Positions 23,220 through 34,164 of a stretch of DNA of 34,164 nt are shown here, one piece after another. The stretch spans positions 1 to 34,164 of the forward strand of contig NW_021831926.1 in NCBI RefSeq assembly GCF_006345805.1, written 5' to 3'. The number at the start of each line of letters is the position of its first letter. Within the stretch, counting starts at the first letter, position 1. A program made the translations under genes and the position numbers. A model generated the notes under the pieces. It saw only the letters and a program-made list of their open reading frames with translations, ran no database searches and had not been told where the DNA came from. Source of the DNA: Octopus sinensis (lineage: Eukaryota).

Positions 23220-24310
23220 TGGTGGCGCTTAGAGTAGAAAGTATCAATGTACGTGGTCTGGGATCAGCTTGGAAGGAAGGTCACTTGCTCAACGATCTCA
23301 GATCAGGTGACTTAAATATGGTTGCCATTACTGAAACCAGAATTTCTGTTTAGCACGCTCTCAGCCCAATGTTTGATGTCTCAAGGCGTATTCATCTGGT
23401 CTGATGGGATGGAGCGGTTGAGTAGCTATAATTTTCCAGAAAGAATCAGGTTTAGAAATGTAGACGATAGCGGGCTTGGCACGCCATGGTTGGTAATGTG
23501 CAGACGCTCGCTGTGGCTACACCACTAACAGATCTTCCTGGACGATGGACCGGTGTGATCTCTGTAAGACACAATTTTCTGCAGCTGATCTCTATGACGG
23601 AGCTGCTACCCTATGTAAAAATAAAAAAAAGACCAAACTTAGGCACCTGGCATCTGGAATGTTACCAGGCACTCTACGAGTCGGGAAATACAGCAGATGA
23701 GAGTTCTACAGAAGCAATATATATAAAGCTAGTAGTGGGTTGGAGGGGTGACATTCTCGAGGAAATACTTGGCGTCGACGAAGATGAAATAACTTGTCTA
23801 TTTTGCGACTTTCGGCCAGGGTACTACTGTGGATAACTTCCAGAAATCCACAGCCTGGCATGACTTCGGAGGTGCACTGCCAATTCGAGATAAAATCTTT
23901 CAGTCGGGATTGCCCGAAATGCGCGCAGGGCAACAAAACCGTTCTGCATGCACTCGAGCAGCGTCTGAGTATTGTTGACCTGTGGAGTCACGTTGAAAAG
24001 CTGTTACCACGTGTGGGACGAACCCAATTATCAGCCGAATCCATGGTGAGGATCGCCCAGCTACCCTTGTTTAACAAGGCAAGGTAAGCAATGTCCTCTG
24101 TCTAGTGGCTGTGGCGAAAGGGGTTGTGTTGTGGACGAGGCTGAAAGGCCAAAAAAAAAAAAAAATCATCTTCGGTCAAGCTCCTATCGACTTTTATAAG
24201 TTCCACTTGTGAATATGAGAGCGGGAGCTAAGCGCTACTTCCAAGTGAACTTGCCAAAAGATACGTGACTGGAGCGAAAATAGCTTGAGCGAAAGGCCCT
24301 ATTCTAAATG
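23220..24310 (+). mobile_element. Tx1/L1-clade LINE with a large internal deletion (APE start joined to post-RT C-terminus)
   Basis: MVALRVESINVRGL..MVAITETR (APE motif I) is followed within about 200 bp by SGLGTPWL, WHLECYQAL, GALPIRDK, CPKCAQG..ETVLHAL-like zinc knuckle, LVAVAKGVV. The upstream 22853-23219 may be an ORF1 remnant (weak). Confidence 0.8.
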
Positions 24311-24988
24311 AGTTCCTGTAGACTAGAGTGCAGGAGAGAGAGCTCGAGTCTTAGGTGGTCAGAGTAATCGTGGATCTGTGTGTGGGGGTCCTTGATTGAC
24401 CCTAGTAGGAGTTTCTTTTCTATCAGAAGGACTGCATCACTCATGTTATCACATACTTTGAATATTACGCATACTTTTATCGCATTTCAATGTCCTTTCT
24501 CCATTCAATTTCTCGCCATCATTTACGTCATTCCTCAGACAAATTGTTGTCTGTCCTTGTGATGTTCCTGCCATCCATGCTCCTGAGGCTACAAAAAGAA
24601 ATCATCATCATCATTATCATCATCATCACCCTCATCGTCATCATTATTATTATCTACACAGACGGATATGTGTGTGTGTGTGCATATGTTTATGTATACC
24701 GACTCTCTTGCTCTTCCCTTACTCTCCCTCTTTTCAAATCATACGTTTCAGGTACATGACTACAAACACACACACGTTGATACATTGCATCTATCTATAA
24801 CTATATATATGTGTGTGTGTTGTGTGTGTGAATGTGTAAAGATACAGACAGACAGACACACATATACTTATATATGATTATTAAATAATATATAATATAT
24901 ATTTGTATATGTGTATAAATGTGTATATGTATGCAGACAGACATGTACACGCACATGCCTATATATGGAAGCAAATGACAATACACAA

Positions 24989-25029
<41 letters not shown>

Positions 25030-25032
25030 CAT

Positions 25033-25078
<46 letters not shown>

Positions 25079-25256
25079 TATATACATATACACACATATT
25101 TATAAGTATATATATATACACACACACACACATATATATACATATATGTATGTGTGGATAAAAGTATGTATAAGCATCTGCATTTATATCCCATGCGTGT
25201 GTGTGTATATGTATCTGTCTGTGCGTCTGTGTGTGTGAGTCTGTGCCTGTGTGTGT

Positions 25257-25297
<41 letters not shown>

Positions 25298-25754
25298 TGT
25301 GTGTCTATGTCTGTGTATATTATATGTCACTATTTTCTATTCATAGCTGACTTATGCAAAGTTAATCTACCTGTCTATTTCCCTTCTTGGTGCGTAATTC
25401 TAGTTTGATAACTTTCGATCTCTTTTCCTACAGAACCAGCCAACTATCACATATCGATCCCCAAGAATCAATTGCAAACAGATGGTTTTCTTTGAATTTC
25501 TAAACATCGGGGAAGAACAATCGCACAATACATTATTAAGTTGAAGGCTTGGCTGTATTTTTAAGAAGTTAGAGTTTGGCAATCACCATCTTGGGACGAT
25601 TGGGCCTAGACATCATGGAGCCGACTATTTGGCAAACCTATTTGGCGGAAAACCTATTTGGCGACGGACGTTGTAGCGCCAGGAAATTGCGTTTTATTAC
25701 CTGATTATTAAACGAAGGGACAATTGTTGCTATAAAACAGCTATTTATTTTTAT

Positions 25755-25757
25755 CTG

Positions 25758-25852
<95 letters not shown>

Positions 25853-25880
25853 GTCTGTCTGTGTGTCTGTCTGTGTGTCT
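25755..25880. repeat. (TCTA)n/(TCTG)n microsatellite
   Basis: Direct. Confidence 0.95.
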
Positions 25881-26347
25881 GTCTTATTATAATAAGGTGA
25901 GAATATAGAGAGGTAATTAATAAATAATAATTTATTATTTACCTCTCTATTTCCTCATCTTATTGTAATATATAAATATATATAAACCATGGTTTATATA
26001 CTTACCTTGCAGTTGAGAATTAACTCTGATGTTCAACATTCTTTGTATAGGTAACTAACCGGTACTTTCATCGGATTTTGTTATCCCTCAATGAGGTTTG
26101 TAACCTTTATTTATGTTTATATATATATATAACAAATAAAGGTTACCAACCTCATTCAGAGATGGCTATATATATATATATATATAATCATATATAAATA
26201 TATATAAATATAAATGTATATATATTATGTATGTGTATAGATATGCACACACATACACATACATATACATTACGTACATACATACATAAATACATGCACA
26301 CAGATACATACATACATACATACGTAGAAACATGCATACATACACGC

Positions 26348-26680
26348 ATGAAATTGTATGCAAAGAAAATAGTTGAAACGAAAAAGTTCCTTGACCTGGT
26401 TACAACATTCTCAAAGGATATAAAGATGGAGCTTGGTCAGGATAAATGTTACTGTATGGTTGTGGAAAGGAGGAAAACTGTAAGACAGGCTAGCAGCCTT
26501 AAGTGGTCCCCTCTTTATCTGATGAGTAATGTTACAGATATTGGGATGTAGATGAAAACATTTCTTTGGATGGTAACTGTAACAAGACACGTGAGACTAA
26601 AAATATTACAGCCAGATGAAGACAATATGGACCTTTGAACACACTGAGTTCAATAAAACAATGCCCTGCAATTTGTTTGC
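26348..26680 (+). mobile_element. R4/Dong-like (RLE-type) LINE RT fragment
   Basis: MKLYAK..LVTTFSKDIKMELGQDKC..LSDE*CYRY(L)G..KEYYS..IW..ELN..NK, matching the DDLKLY..F.KDI.M.FG.DKC..YKYLG pattern. Confidence 0.7.
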
Positions 26681-26688
26681 ATATATAT

Positions 26689-26919
26689 ATTTCTTATTGC
26701 CCACAAGGGGCTAAACATAGAGGGGACAAACAAGGACAGACAAACGGATTAAGTCGATTATATCGACCCCAGTGCGTAACTGGTACTTAATTTATCGACC
26801 CCGATAGGATGAAAGGAAAAGTCGACCTCGGCGGAATTTGAACTCAGAACGTAACGGCAGACGAAATACCGCTAAGCATTTCGCCCGACGTGCTAACGAT
26901 TCTGCCAGCTCGCCGCCTT
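26689..26919 (-). mobile_element. Full SINE family A
   Basis: Complete head GGCGGCGAGCTGGCAGAATCGTTAG, body and tail. Confidence 0.92.
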
Positions 26920-26929
26920 CAGGGTGGGA

Positions 26930-27102
26930 GTGGGCTGAATCCTGGAAGCACTGCAATACCAGGACAACCCGTGGCAAAGGCGGAGCAAGCCCCTAACACT
27001 TCACCTCGTTCTAAAAATCAGTTTAATATCGATGGTCCCAAATAGGGACCGTATCAGATATTAAGCTGATAAGAACAGATACTACACTTTGATCTTAGCC
27101 AT
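26930..27102 (-). ncRNA. U2: U2 snRNA copy (probable pseudogene)
   Basis: Minus strand ATGGCTAAGATCAAAGTGTAGTATCTGTTCTTATCAGCTTAATATCTGATAC..AAACTGATTTTTAG..GGGGCTTGCTCC..ATTGCAGT..GCCCAC follows metazoan U2 along its length. Stem I 5' part missing, Sm site GATTTTTAG (G to A), microsatellite instead of a PSE upstream. Confidence 0.93.
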
Positions 27103-27113
27103 ACATACATGCG

Positions 27114-27153
<40 letters not shown>

Positions 27154-27257
27154 GGATAGATAGATAGATTGTAGTTTGACAGAAGCTAAACCGCTCTCAC
27201 ACATACACTAACACACATAAACACAGACACAAAGACAGCCAGACATACACACACACA

Positions 27258-27770
27258 TCTATTATATAAAATCCGTTCTGTGTGGGTATGTGTGTGTGTG
27301 TGTGTGTGTGTCTTCTAGGATATTGGGCATCCTTCGTCCGATTGCGCCCAAATTTGATATGTAGATACCGACGGTATCAAAGCGTGTATAAGTTTTGAAA
27401 AAATTGCAAAAATCGATTCCAGGTGAGAATGCGATCGATAAAGCCGTGGGAATGTGCATTTGTAAAATCGTTTTTCTTGGAATAGAAAAAAGTCTATCTT
27501 TATTTCTTCTTTTGCTGGTGTCTCAAATTTAGGTTAAATCAGTGTTTCTCAAAGGGGAGGCCTATGGGACGGTGGGACAAGTTGTTTTGAGAAAATTTGG
27601 TTTAAATGTTTGACAACTCAGCACCGTCCATTGGACGGGGGACGTTTTGCTCGTATGTATGTCGGCTGGTACTCATTTTCAAATGACAAGTAGAACGGTG
27701 TGTGAAATGATGTAACTTATTCAAGCGCTCGCCGTTTCAGGAAGTGAACAAGCGAACTTCTGATCACGAG
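27258..27770 (+). mobile_element. Helitron-like 5' fragment
   Basis: A|TCTATTATATAAAA start followed by (GT)n, the same design as the 9360 element; no clear 3' CTAG end. Confidence 0.5.
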
Positions 27771-27774
27771 CCAG

Positions 27775-28152
27775 TTATCACACATGGCTCTAGTAACACA
27801 TGAATGGATGGCTGAAAATATTTTATGATAACATAGTCCCTAACATTTGATCTTCTAATTCCCCAGATCTCAATCCATTGGACTATTACATGTGGAGTGT
27901 TTTGAAAGCTGCCATAGTTAGAGTAATGTCTAAAATGAACCAGGACCACTTGGTTAGAGCATGTAGATGATTAGATCTCATATAGAAGCAGTTATTGAAG
28001 CTGAGGTGGCTTTATTGGAGAACCTTATAGAAAAGAAGGTTTATTTTTATTCTCATAGCGTTTTTTGATAAATAAAGTTGTTATCTCTTATTATATATCT
28101 GTCTAATTTTTATAAACATAAATCTGTCCTCAGATATCTTACGCACCCTGTA
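27775..28152 (+). mobile_element. maT-like Tc1/mariner 3' fragment with TIR
   Basis: SHMALVTHEWMAEN..NSPDLNPLDYYMWSVL..EAVIEAE; ends GATATCTTACGCACCCTG|TA. Confidence 0.8.
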
Positions 28153-28459
28153 CGTCTGCATATAACAAATCAGAATATTTATTCACTCAGGTCATTCTGG
28201 AGCTTATTTCGTATTAGTGGGGGATTCATACATACATAAATACATACGTATGCATATACACATACACACACACACACACACACACCACACACACACACAC
28301 ACATATATATATATACGCATATATATATACACACATATATGAACATATGTTCGTGTATATCCGTTAGTGTGTGTATGAGTGTTTGTGTATTGCGAGTGAT
28401 AGATAGATATGTATATATGCATATATGTATGGATATGTATGCATAATACACACACACAT

Positions 28460-28491
<32 letters not shown>

Positions 28492-28529
28492 CAACACACA
28501 CACACACACACACACACAACACACACACA

Positions 28530-28571
<42 letters not shown>

Positions 28572-28748
28572 CATCTAAAAGATTTTATGAACGATGTATC
28601 CCGAAGCAAATTGGGTATAAATAATACCTTACAATATATTGGGTGGAAGTACGTAGCAAAGCCGATATTTATCTCCATCTTCAGCGCATGTCATATACAT
28701 ACATAGATATATACATATATACATACATAACATAATATATGTATATAT

Positions 28749-28790
<42 letters not shown>

Positions 28791-28821
28791 TATATACATT
28801 ATATATATCCATGTATATATA

Positions 28822-28874
<53 letters not shown>

Positions 28875-29251
28875 ATGCTTCTAAACATGCCCTTAGGAAG
28901 TTAACTCTATGTTGAAAACTTTCAAATGGAATTTTCTAGAAAGGCAATTTCATGGATGGGTAGGAAATTTTCAGTTTCTCTGCAGAAAAGTTCCTTGCGG
29001 GTAGTTTTACACCTAACTACTGGGTAGCTATTGTCTGCGAAAGGATTCATTCTTTAAACACAACTTGGCGACAGACAAAGCTCTCTCTAGCAGAATACTT
29101 GCTGTGAGCTAACATCGTGATGATTTCCTTGGTATCGTGTATTAGCATCTGACAGACTTTGCTTATGTCCTCAATGCATTGACTTAATTTCATAGCCTCA
29201 GTTCTACATAAATTTATATGTACATTAGTGGAGGCGCAGTGGCCCAGTGGT

Positions 29252-29528
29252 TATGAAGATACCGACGGTATCTGAGCGTGTATAAGTCTTGAAAAAATTA
29301 CAAAAATCGATTCCAGGTGAGAATGTGATCGATAAAGCCGTGGGAACGTGCATTTGTAAAATCGTTTTTCTTGGAATAGAAAAAAGTCTATCTTTATTTC
29401 TTCTTTTGATGGTGTCTCAAATTTAGGTTAAATCAGTGTTTCTGAAAGGGGAGGCCTATGGGACGGTCGGACAAGTTGTTTTGAGAAAACTTGTTTTTAA
29501 ATGTTTGACAACTCAGCACCGTCCATTG
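29252..29528 (+). repeat. Local copy of 27358-27633
   Basis: About 275 bp with roughly a dozen substitutions by eye. Confidence 0.9.
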
Positions 29529-29537
29529 TACATTATT

Positions 29538-29785
29538 GGAGGCGCAGTGGCCCGGTGATTAGGGCAGTGGACTCGCGGTCGTAGGATCGCGGTTTCGATT
29601 CCCAGACCGGTGGGTGTGAGTGTTTATTGAGCGAAAATACCTAAAGCCCGACGAGGCTCCGGCAGGGGTTGGTGGCGAACCCTGATGTACTCTCTCACCA
29701 CAACTTTCTCTTACTCTTTCTTCCAGTTTCTGTTGTACCTGTAATTCAAAGGGTCAGCCTTGTCACACTCTGTGTCACACTGAAT
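29538..29785 (+). mobile_element. 3'-truncated duplicate of the SINE B at 29831
   Basis: Near-identical to 29831-30080. Confidence 0.88.
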
Positions 29786-29830
29786 TAATTTCATAGCCTC
29801 AGTTCTACATAAATTTATATGTACATTAGT

Positions 29831-30217
29831 GGAGGCGCAGTGGCACAGTGGTCAGGGCAGTGGACTCGCGGTCGTAGGATCGCGGTTTCGATTCCCAGAC
29901 CAGGTGGGTGTGAGTGTTTATTGAGCGAAAACACCTAAAGCTCCACGAGGCTCCGGCAGGGGTTGGTGGCGAACCCGCCTGATGTACTCTTTCACCACAA
30001 CTTTCTCTTACTCTTTCTTCCTGTTTCTGTTGTACCTGTAATTCAAAGGGCCAGCCTTGTCACACTCTGTGTCACTGAATATCCCCGAGGAATACGTTAA
30101 AGGTACACGTGTCTGTGGAGTGCTCAGCCACTTGCACGTTAATTTCACGAACAAGTTGTACCGTTGATCGATTCAATAGGAATCCCCGTTGTCGCAACCG
30201 ACGGAGTACCACGAAAG
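29831..30217 (+). mobile_element. Full SINE family B (tail type 2) with 12-bp TSD
   Basis: ATGTACATTAGT at 29819-29830 and 30218-30229. Confidence 0.92.
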
Positions 30218-30403
30218 ATGTACATTAGTTGGGAACTTACAGTATAAATTATACGATTATATATATATCGCAAAATAACGATGATCAGTTCTAATGTACC
30301 TTTTGGAAGAAGACATCTCTTGTTGCTGCCTTTCCGTTATAAATTGCAAATAGGCACCTTAATAAAATATTATTCCCACTTTCGAAATCAGTCAATATTT
30401 CCT

Positions 30404-30553
30404 ATGCACATGAGTGGTTGTGAGTTAAGTAGCTTGCTTACCAACCACATGGTTCCGGGTTCAGTCCCACTGCGTGGCACGTTGGACAAGTGTCTTCTAC
30501 TATAAATTCGGGATGACCAAATCCTTGTGAGTGGATTTGGTAGAGGGAAACTG
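30404..30553 (+). mobile_element. SINE family C 5' part
   Basis: AAGTAGCTTGCTTACCAACCACATGGTTCCGGGTTCAGTCCCACTGCGTGGC. Confidence 0.88.
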
Positions 30554-30748
30554 ATACATACATATTTAAAATTATACTCCCTAATATTATTATTATATAC
30601 ATATATATATACACACATACATACATACATACATACATACATACATACATACATACATACATACATACATGCAACTACATACATACAATATATATATACA
30701 TACATACATATATATATATATACATATATATATTACATATATATATAC

Positions 30749-30779
<31 letters not shown>

Positions 30780-31069
30780 CTATATATATACATATATATT
30801 ATATACATATATATATATATATATAATATATATAATATATATAGATGTATATAATATTATATATACATACATAGATAGCGTGAGACGGGGCCAGAACATG
30901 GCAGACGTATGTCGTTTCATATGTTTTTACAAGTCTGTTAGCTCATGTATTCAAGTTCATTATTTACAAAAATATACTTACACAAATAACATAGACTTAT
31001 ACCGAACAGTAGACACAAAACTACACTAGCTACAACTTGTACAGACATATAAACATGATATATATATAT

Positions 31070-31102
<33 letters not shown>

Positions 31103-31202
31103 TTACTAATACATATATACACATATATGCATATGTATACACAATATGTACCTAAAATGTATGTATGTATGTATGTATGTATGTATGTATGTATCTAATA
31201 TA

Positions 31203-31275
<73 letters not shown>

Positions 31276-31339
31276 ATGAGTAATGTATTTTATTCTGTTA
31301 TATATATATATAATATATACATATTGTTTATATATATAC

Positions 31340-32075
31340 GCGAGAAAGAAGCAACAAGAATGGATAGGTTTTTAGTACAATCGTTTCATACAAGGACAGG
31401 CTTTATTAAAAGTTGCAAAAATTGCAGCATATAAATAGCTACAGTCTCTTGAAAATAGCAGTAATGTGATTAATGTGGCAAATACCTAATCATATAGCAA
31501 GAATTGATACCTACATCATTGTGTTCAACCATTGATAAATTTATCGCCTGTGAATATGAAATTCCTCTTCATTTCTCTGGAAATTTACATCTACACCATT
31601 GGAAATTGTGCATCTATACAAAGGATTAATTCACCCTCTCTGTAATGCTAATAAGCAGGAATTGAGACCTACCTCGTTGTGATTAGCAATGGATAAATTT
31701 GTCGTTGTGTATGAGTATGTAATCCCTCCTCATATCTCTGGAAATTCATATGTACATATGGATTAAGTCACCTTCTCTGTGATGCTATTAAAACCTTTTA
31801 AAAATTTTTAAAATTCTGTGATAAGACTGTACATCATCTTTAAAGAACTTTAATGAACTTTGAAATCTGTTTATGTTGTTTATGTTACTTAAATTATCTA
31901 CATTACTTCATGAGTATAGCCTCAACCACTAGGATGTCTAGAGAACTCACATGTATTTTAGCTGATGAGTACGGGACACGTTTATATGCTGCAATTTTTT
32001 GCAACTTTTATAAAGCCTGTCCTTGTATGAAACGATTGTACTAAAAACCTATCCATTCTTGTGCTTCTTTCTCGC
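31340..32075. mobile_element. Foldback (95-bp arms) with a truncated hammerhead, PLE-derived
   Basis: Arms 31340-31435 and 31981-32075 differ only by three 1-nt homopolymer indels; TAGCTGATGAGTACGG at 31959-31974; internal diverged tandem duplication 31498-31791. Confidence 0.75.
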
Positions 32076-32564
32076 TTATAATCACCCCCCATTACTGTAT
32101 TGTTAAAACCGTATAGTTGTTTTGGGCATCTAAGTTAGGTACCATATTCAAGTAAATTCATTTAAATTAACTTGAATCTTTATTGCTTTTTGTATATAAT
32201 ATATATATAGGTTATAAAAGAGATAGGGGTTGAAAATTCAACCCACCATGGGATAATATATACCAATATACTGCTAGATAGGTACCCAACAAATTAATAC
32301 ATAGATGTTAAAAATTGTCAAACATCAGTTCATCTATTGCATTATATGGGTAAAGGTAATAATATTACCGTAATTAATACTACAAAATTGAGAATGGAGA
32401 AATATACTTAAATCAGTAAAACATCAACTATCCGATGATACTCAATCCATACTTTAATACACCATTACTATGAGTAAAGGCAATACATAAAATGAAATGA
32501 GATATACAGTAATAGTAAAAAGATAAAGAGATATAAGTAAAAAATTTTCAAATATATATGCAAA

Positions 32565-32690
32565 TAAATCAAAACTGACAGCTGTTTCGGCAGTGAGGAC
32601 AGTCATACCTCATTTAACCTATAAGCCATAAGGCAGGTATAAATGAGGCATTAACAAGGATGCCCCACGGCCTCTTCAGAGAATTAAATT
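32565..32690 (-). ncRNA. Type I hammerhead ribozyme, intact core, 84-nt stem II
   Basis: Minus strand CTGAAGA (32679-32673), GGC..GCC stem II base, GAAAC (32588-32584), palindromic ACAGCTGT stem III, GTC cleavage triplet ending at 32577; stem I imperfect. Confidence 0.8.
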
Positions 32691-33042
32691 AAATTTGTTA
32701 TAATAGTGAAAAATATTATACAATCATATACATATAAATATAAAAATATAAAAATGTAAAAATATAAAAACTTATACATCATAATGCTACACTTATATAA
32801 TATAATACACCTTGTACAAAAAAGGAAGGTAAACAGAACAAAATAAACAAAATATATAATAGTGTATATATTAATATCAGTAAGTAAGTACCGATATATA
32901 CATATTGGCTAATAGTTTTTTTATATAAAAAAAAAAAAAAAAAGGCTAACATATATGGAGATGAAAAATAATAATTAAATCCGTGGTACAGTTCATAAGA
33001 TTCTAAAGCTATAAAAGTTAATAAAAGTTAATAAAAATTACT

Positions 33043-33091
<49 letters not shown>

Positions 33092-33480
33092 TAATAATAA
33101 TAATAATAAAAAAATTAATAAAAAATAGATACAGTTAAGTTAGCACCAAGTCCATCCATTCTTAATTTTGTAGTATTAATTTACGGTAATATTATACCTT
33201 ACCATATAATGCAATAGATGAACTGATTGTTTGACAATTTTTAACATCTAGTATTAATTTTGTTGTGGTACTATCTAGCAGTATATTGGATATATATTAT
33301 CCCATGGTGGGTTGAATTTTCAAACCCCTATCTCATTTTATACCTAAATTTATCTTTTGAAGAACCTGAATTGCTCATACTGGTGTAATATAAGCATCCA
33401 TTTATTGATTTAATATTAATAGTGCATGTGAATACACCCTAGTATAGTATATTTGTTCCTTTGATCATTACTGCTAGAAG

Positions 33481-34164
33481 AATGAGAAAATACTGATCAA
33501 TTCATCAATGAAGGATGTACCTATCCCTACCAAAGACCATTACACTAAAGAACTATTTATAGAATGAATGAATTCATCCACAGGATCAGATGGAGGATTT
33601 TCCACCATGAGAACTATAATAATAAAAATAAACCAAACAACACACTGAGGAGGAAACGATCCGTAATAGAATTGGAAGCACCTATGAAGAAATATTAAAA
33701 CTAACAGGCACTACATTTAAATCTAGGAAGTCTCCTCCACCAAATATACATCTAGGCAATTTTGAACAAGAACTATGGGAGACTGTAAAAACATAAAATT
33801 TAGAAATCATCCTTTAAGATATAACCAGCACCAAAGAGAATTGAAAGACTTAATTAGAACTCTCAAAGTAAGAGCGGCATTCTAACACATTCTGACAAAA
33901 CCAACAACATCTACAACATTGACATTACTGCATATCATGATCTTCTACACAAGAAATAACCAAGAAATACAAAGTAGTACCTTCTAGTACACTTAGAAAA
34001 CTGAACCTGGAGATCAGAGAAATCATATTTGACTACTACCTAGAAGAAAAAACGGAACCCTACACCCCATCTAGACCGAGAATTACACTAAAGGATCATA
34101 AAGAGAATTTTCTTGGAAACACACAGGTCAGATTAATTTGCCCCACTAAATCTGACTTAGGCAG
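33481..34164 (+). CDS. PLE reverse transcriptase ORF N-terminus (frameshifted as assembled; partial)
   Basis: SSMKDVPIPTKDHYTKELF / RMNEFIHRIRWR / FKSRKSPP..FEQELW / IKFRN / SDKTNNIY / EITKKYK..RITLKDHKENF..VRLICPTKSDLG. Matches the PLE pattern SMKNIPIP..LRWK..GFKS..ADKT.N.Y..ITLKDHK.NF..RLINP.KSE.G as I recall it. Confidence 0.8.

Larger units (their letters stand above)
32209..34164 (+). mobile_element. Penelope-like retroelement 5' part: inverted pseudo-LTR plus ORF start (runs off the window)
   Basis: About 190-bp inverted repeat 32209-32398 / 33155-33345; hammerhead on the inverted copy; downstream PLE ORF. Confidence 0.82.

Noticed and set aside
26519-26560. CTGATGAG as a hammerhead core
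   Set aside because: It encodes LSDE within the R4-like RT; no stem II or GAAAC arrangement.
27767-27794. GAGCCA..TGGCTCTAGT as a Helitron 3' end
   Set aside because: Overlaps transposase codons (SHMALVT) of the adjacent maT fragment, and the hairpin spacing is non-canonical.
29184-30229. CRISPR-like or satellite array
   Set aside because: The units are SINE and flank duplications with no regular repeat-spacer pattern; eukaryotic context.

Overview
AT-rich, repeat-saturated eukaryotic genomic DNA. The SINE families and microsatellite load resemble octopus (coleoid cephalopod) DNA; this rests on my recall of those repeats, not a database search. I recognise no host protein-coding exon, and almost all listed ORFs are translations of simple repeats. 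The window holds tRNA-headed SINEs, decayed Tc1/mariner transposons (one full-length DD34D copy with TIRs and TA TSD), Helitron-like pieces, Tx1/L1, RTE and R4-like LINE fragments, a U2 snRNA copy, and Penelope-like element (PLE) remnants. Highlights: (1) a young-looking PLE at 32209-34164 with an inverted terminal repeat, a hammerhead ribozyme with intact core and 84-nt stem II, and an ORF whose localisable frameshifts are all 1-nt homopolymer deletions; (2) at least five more hammerhead remnants, several in (TA)n-flanked foldbacks; (3) a U2-SINE head-to-tail join; (4) an RTE insertion with a twin-priming inversion and 12-bp TSD; (5) a template-switch duplication at 29.2-30.2 kb. All translations, folds and alignments were done by eye.
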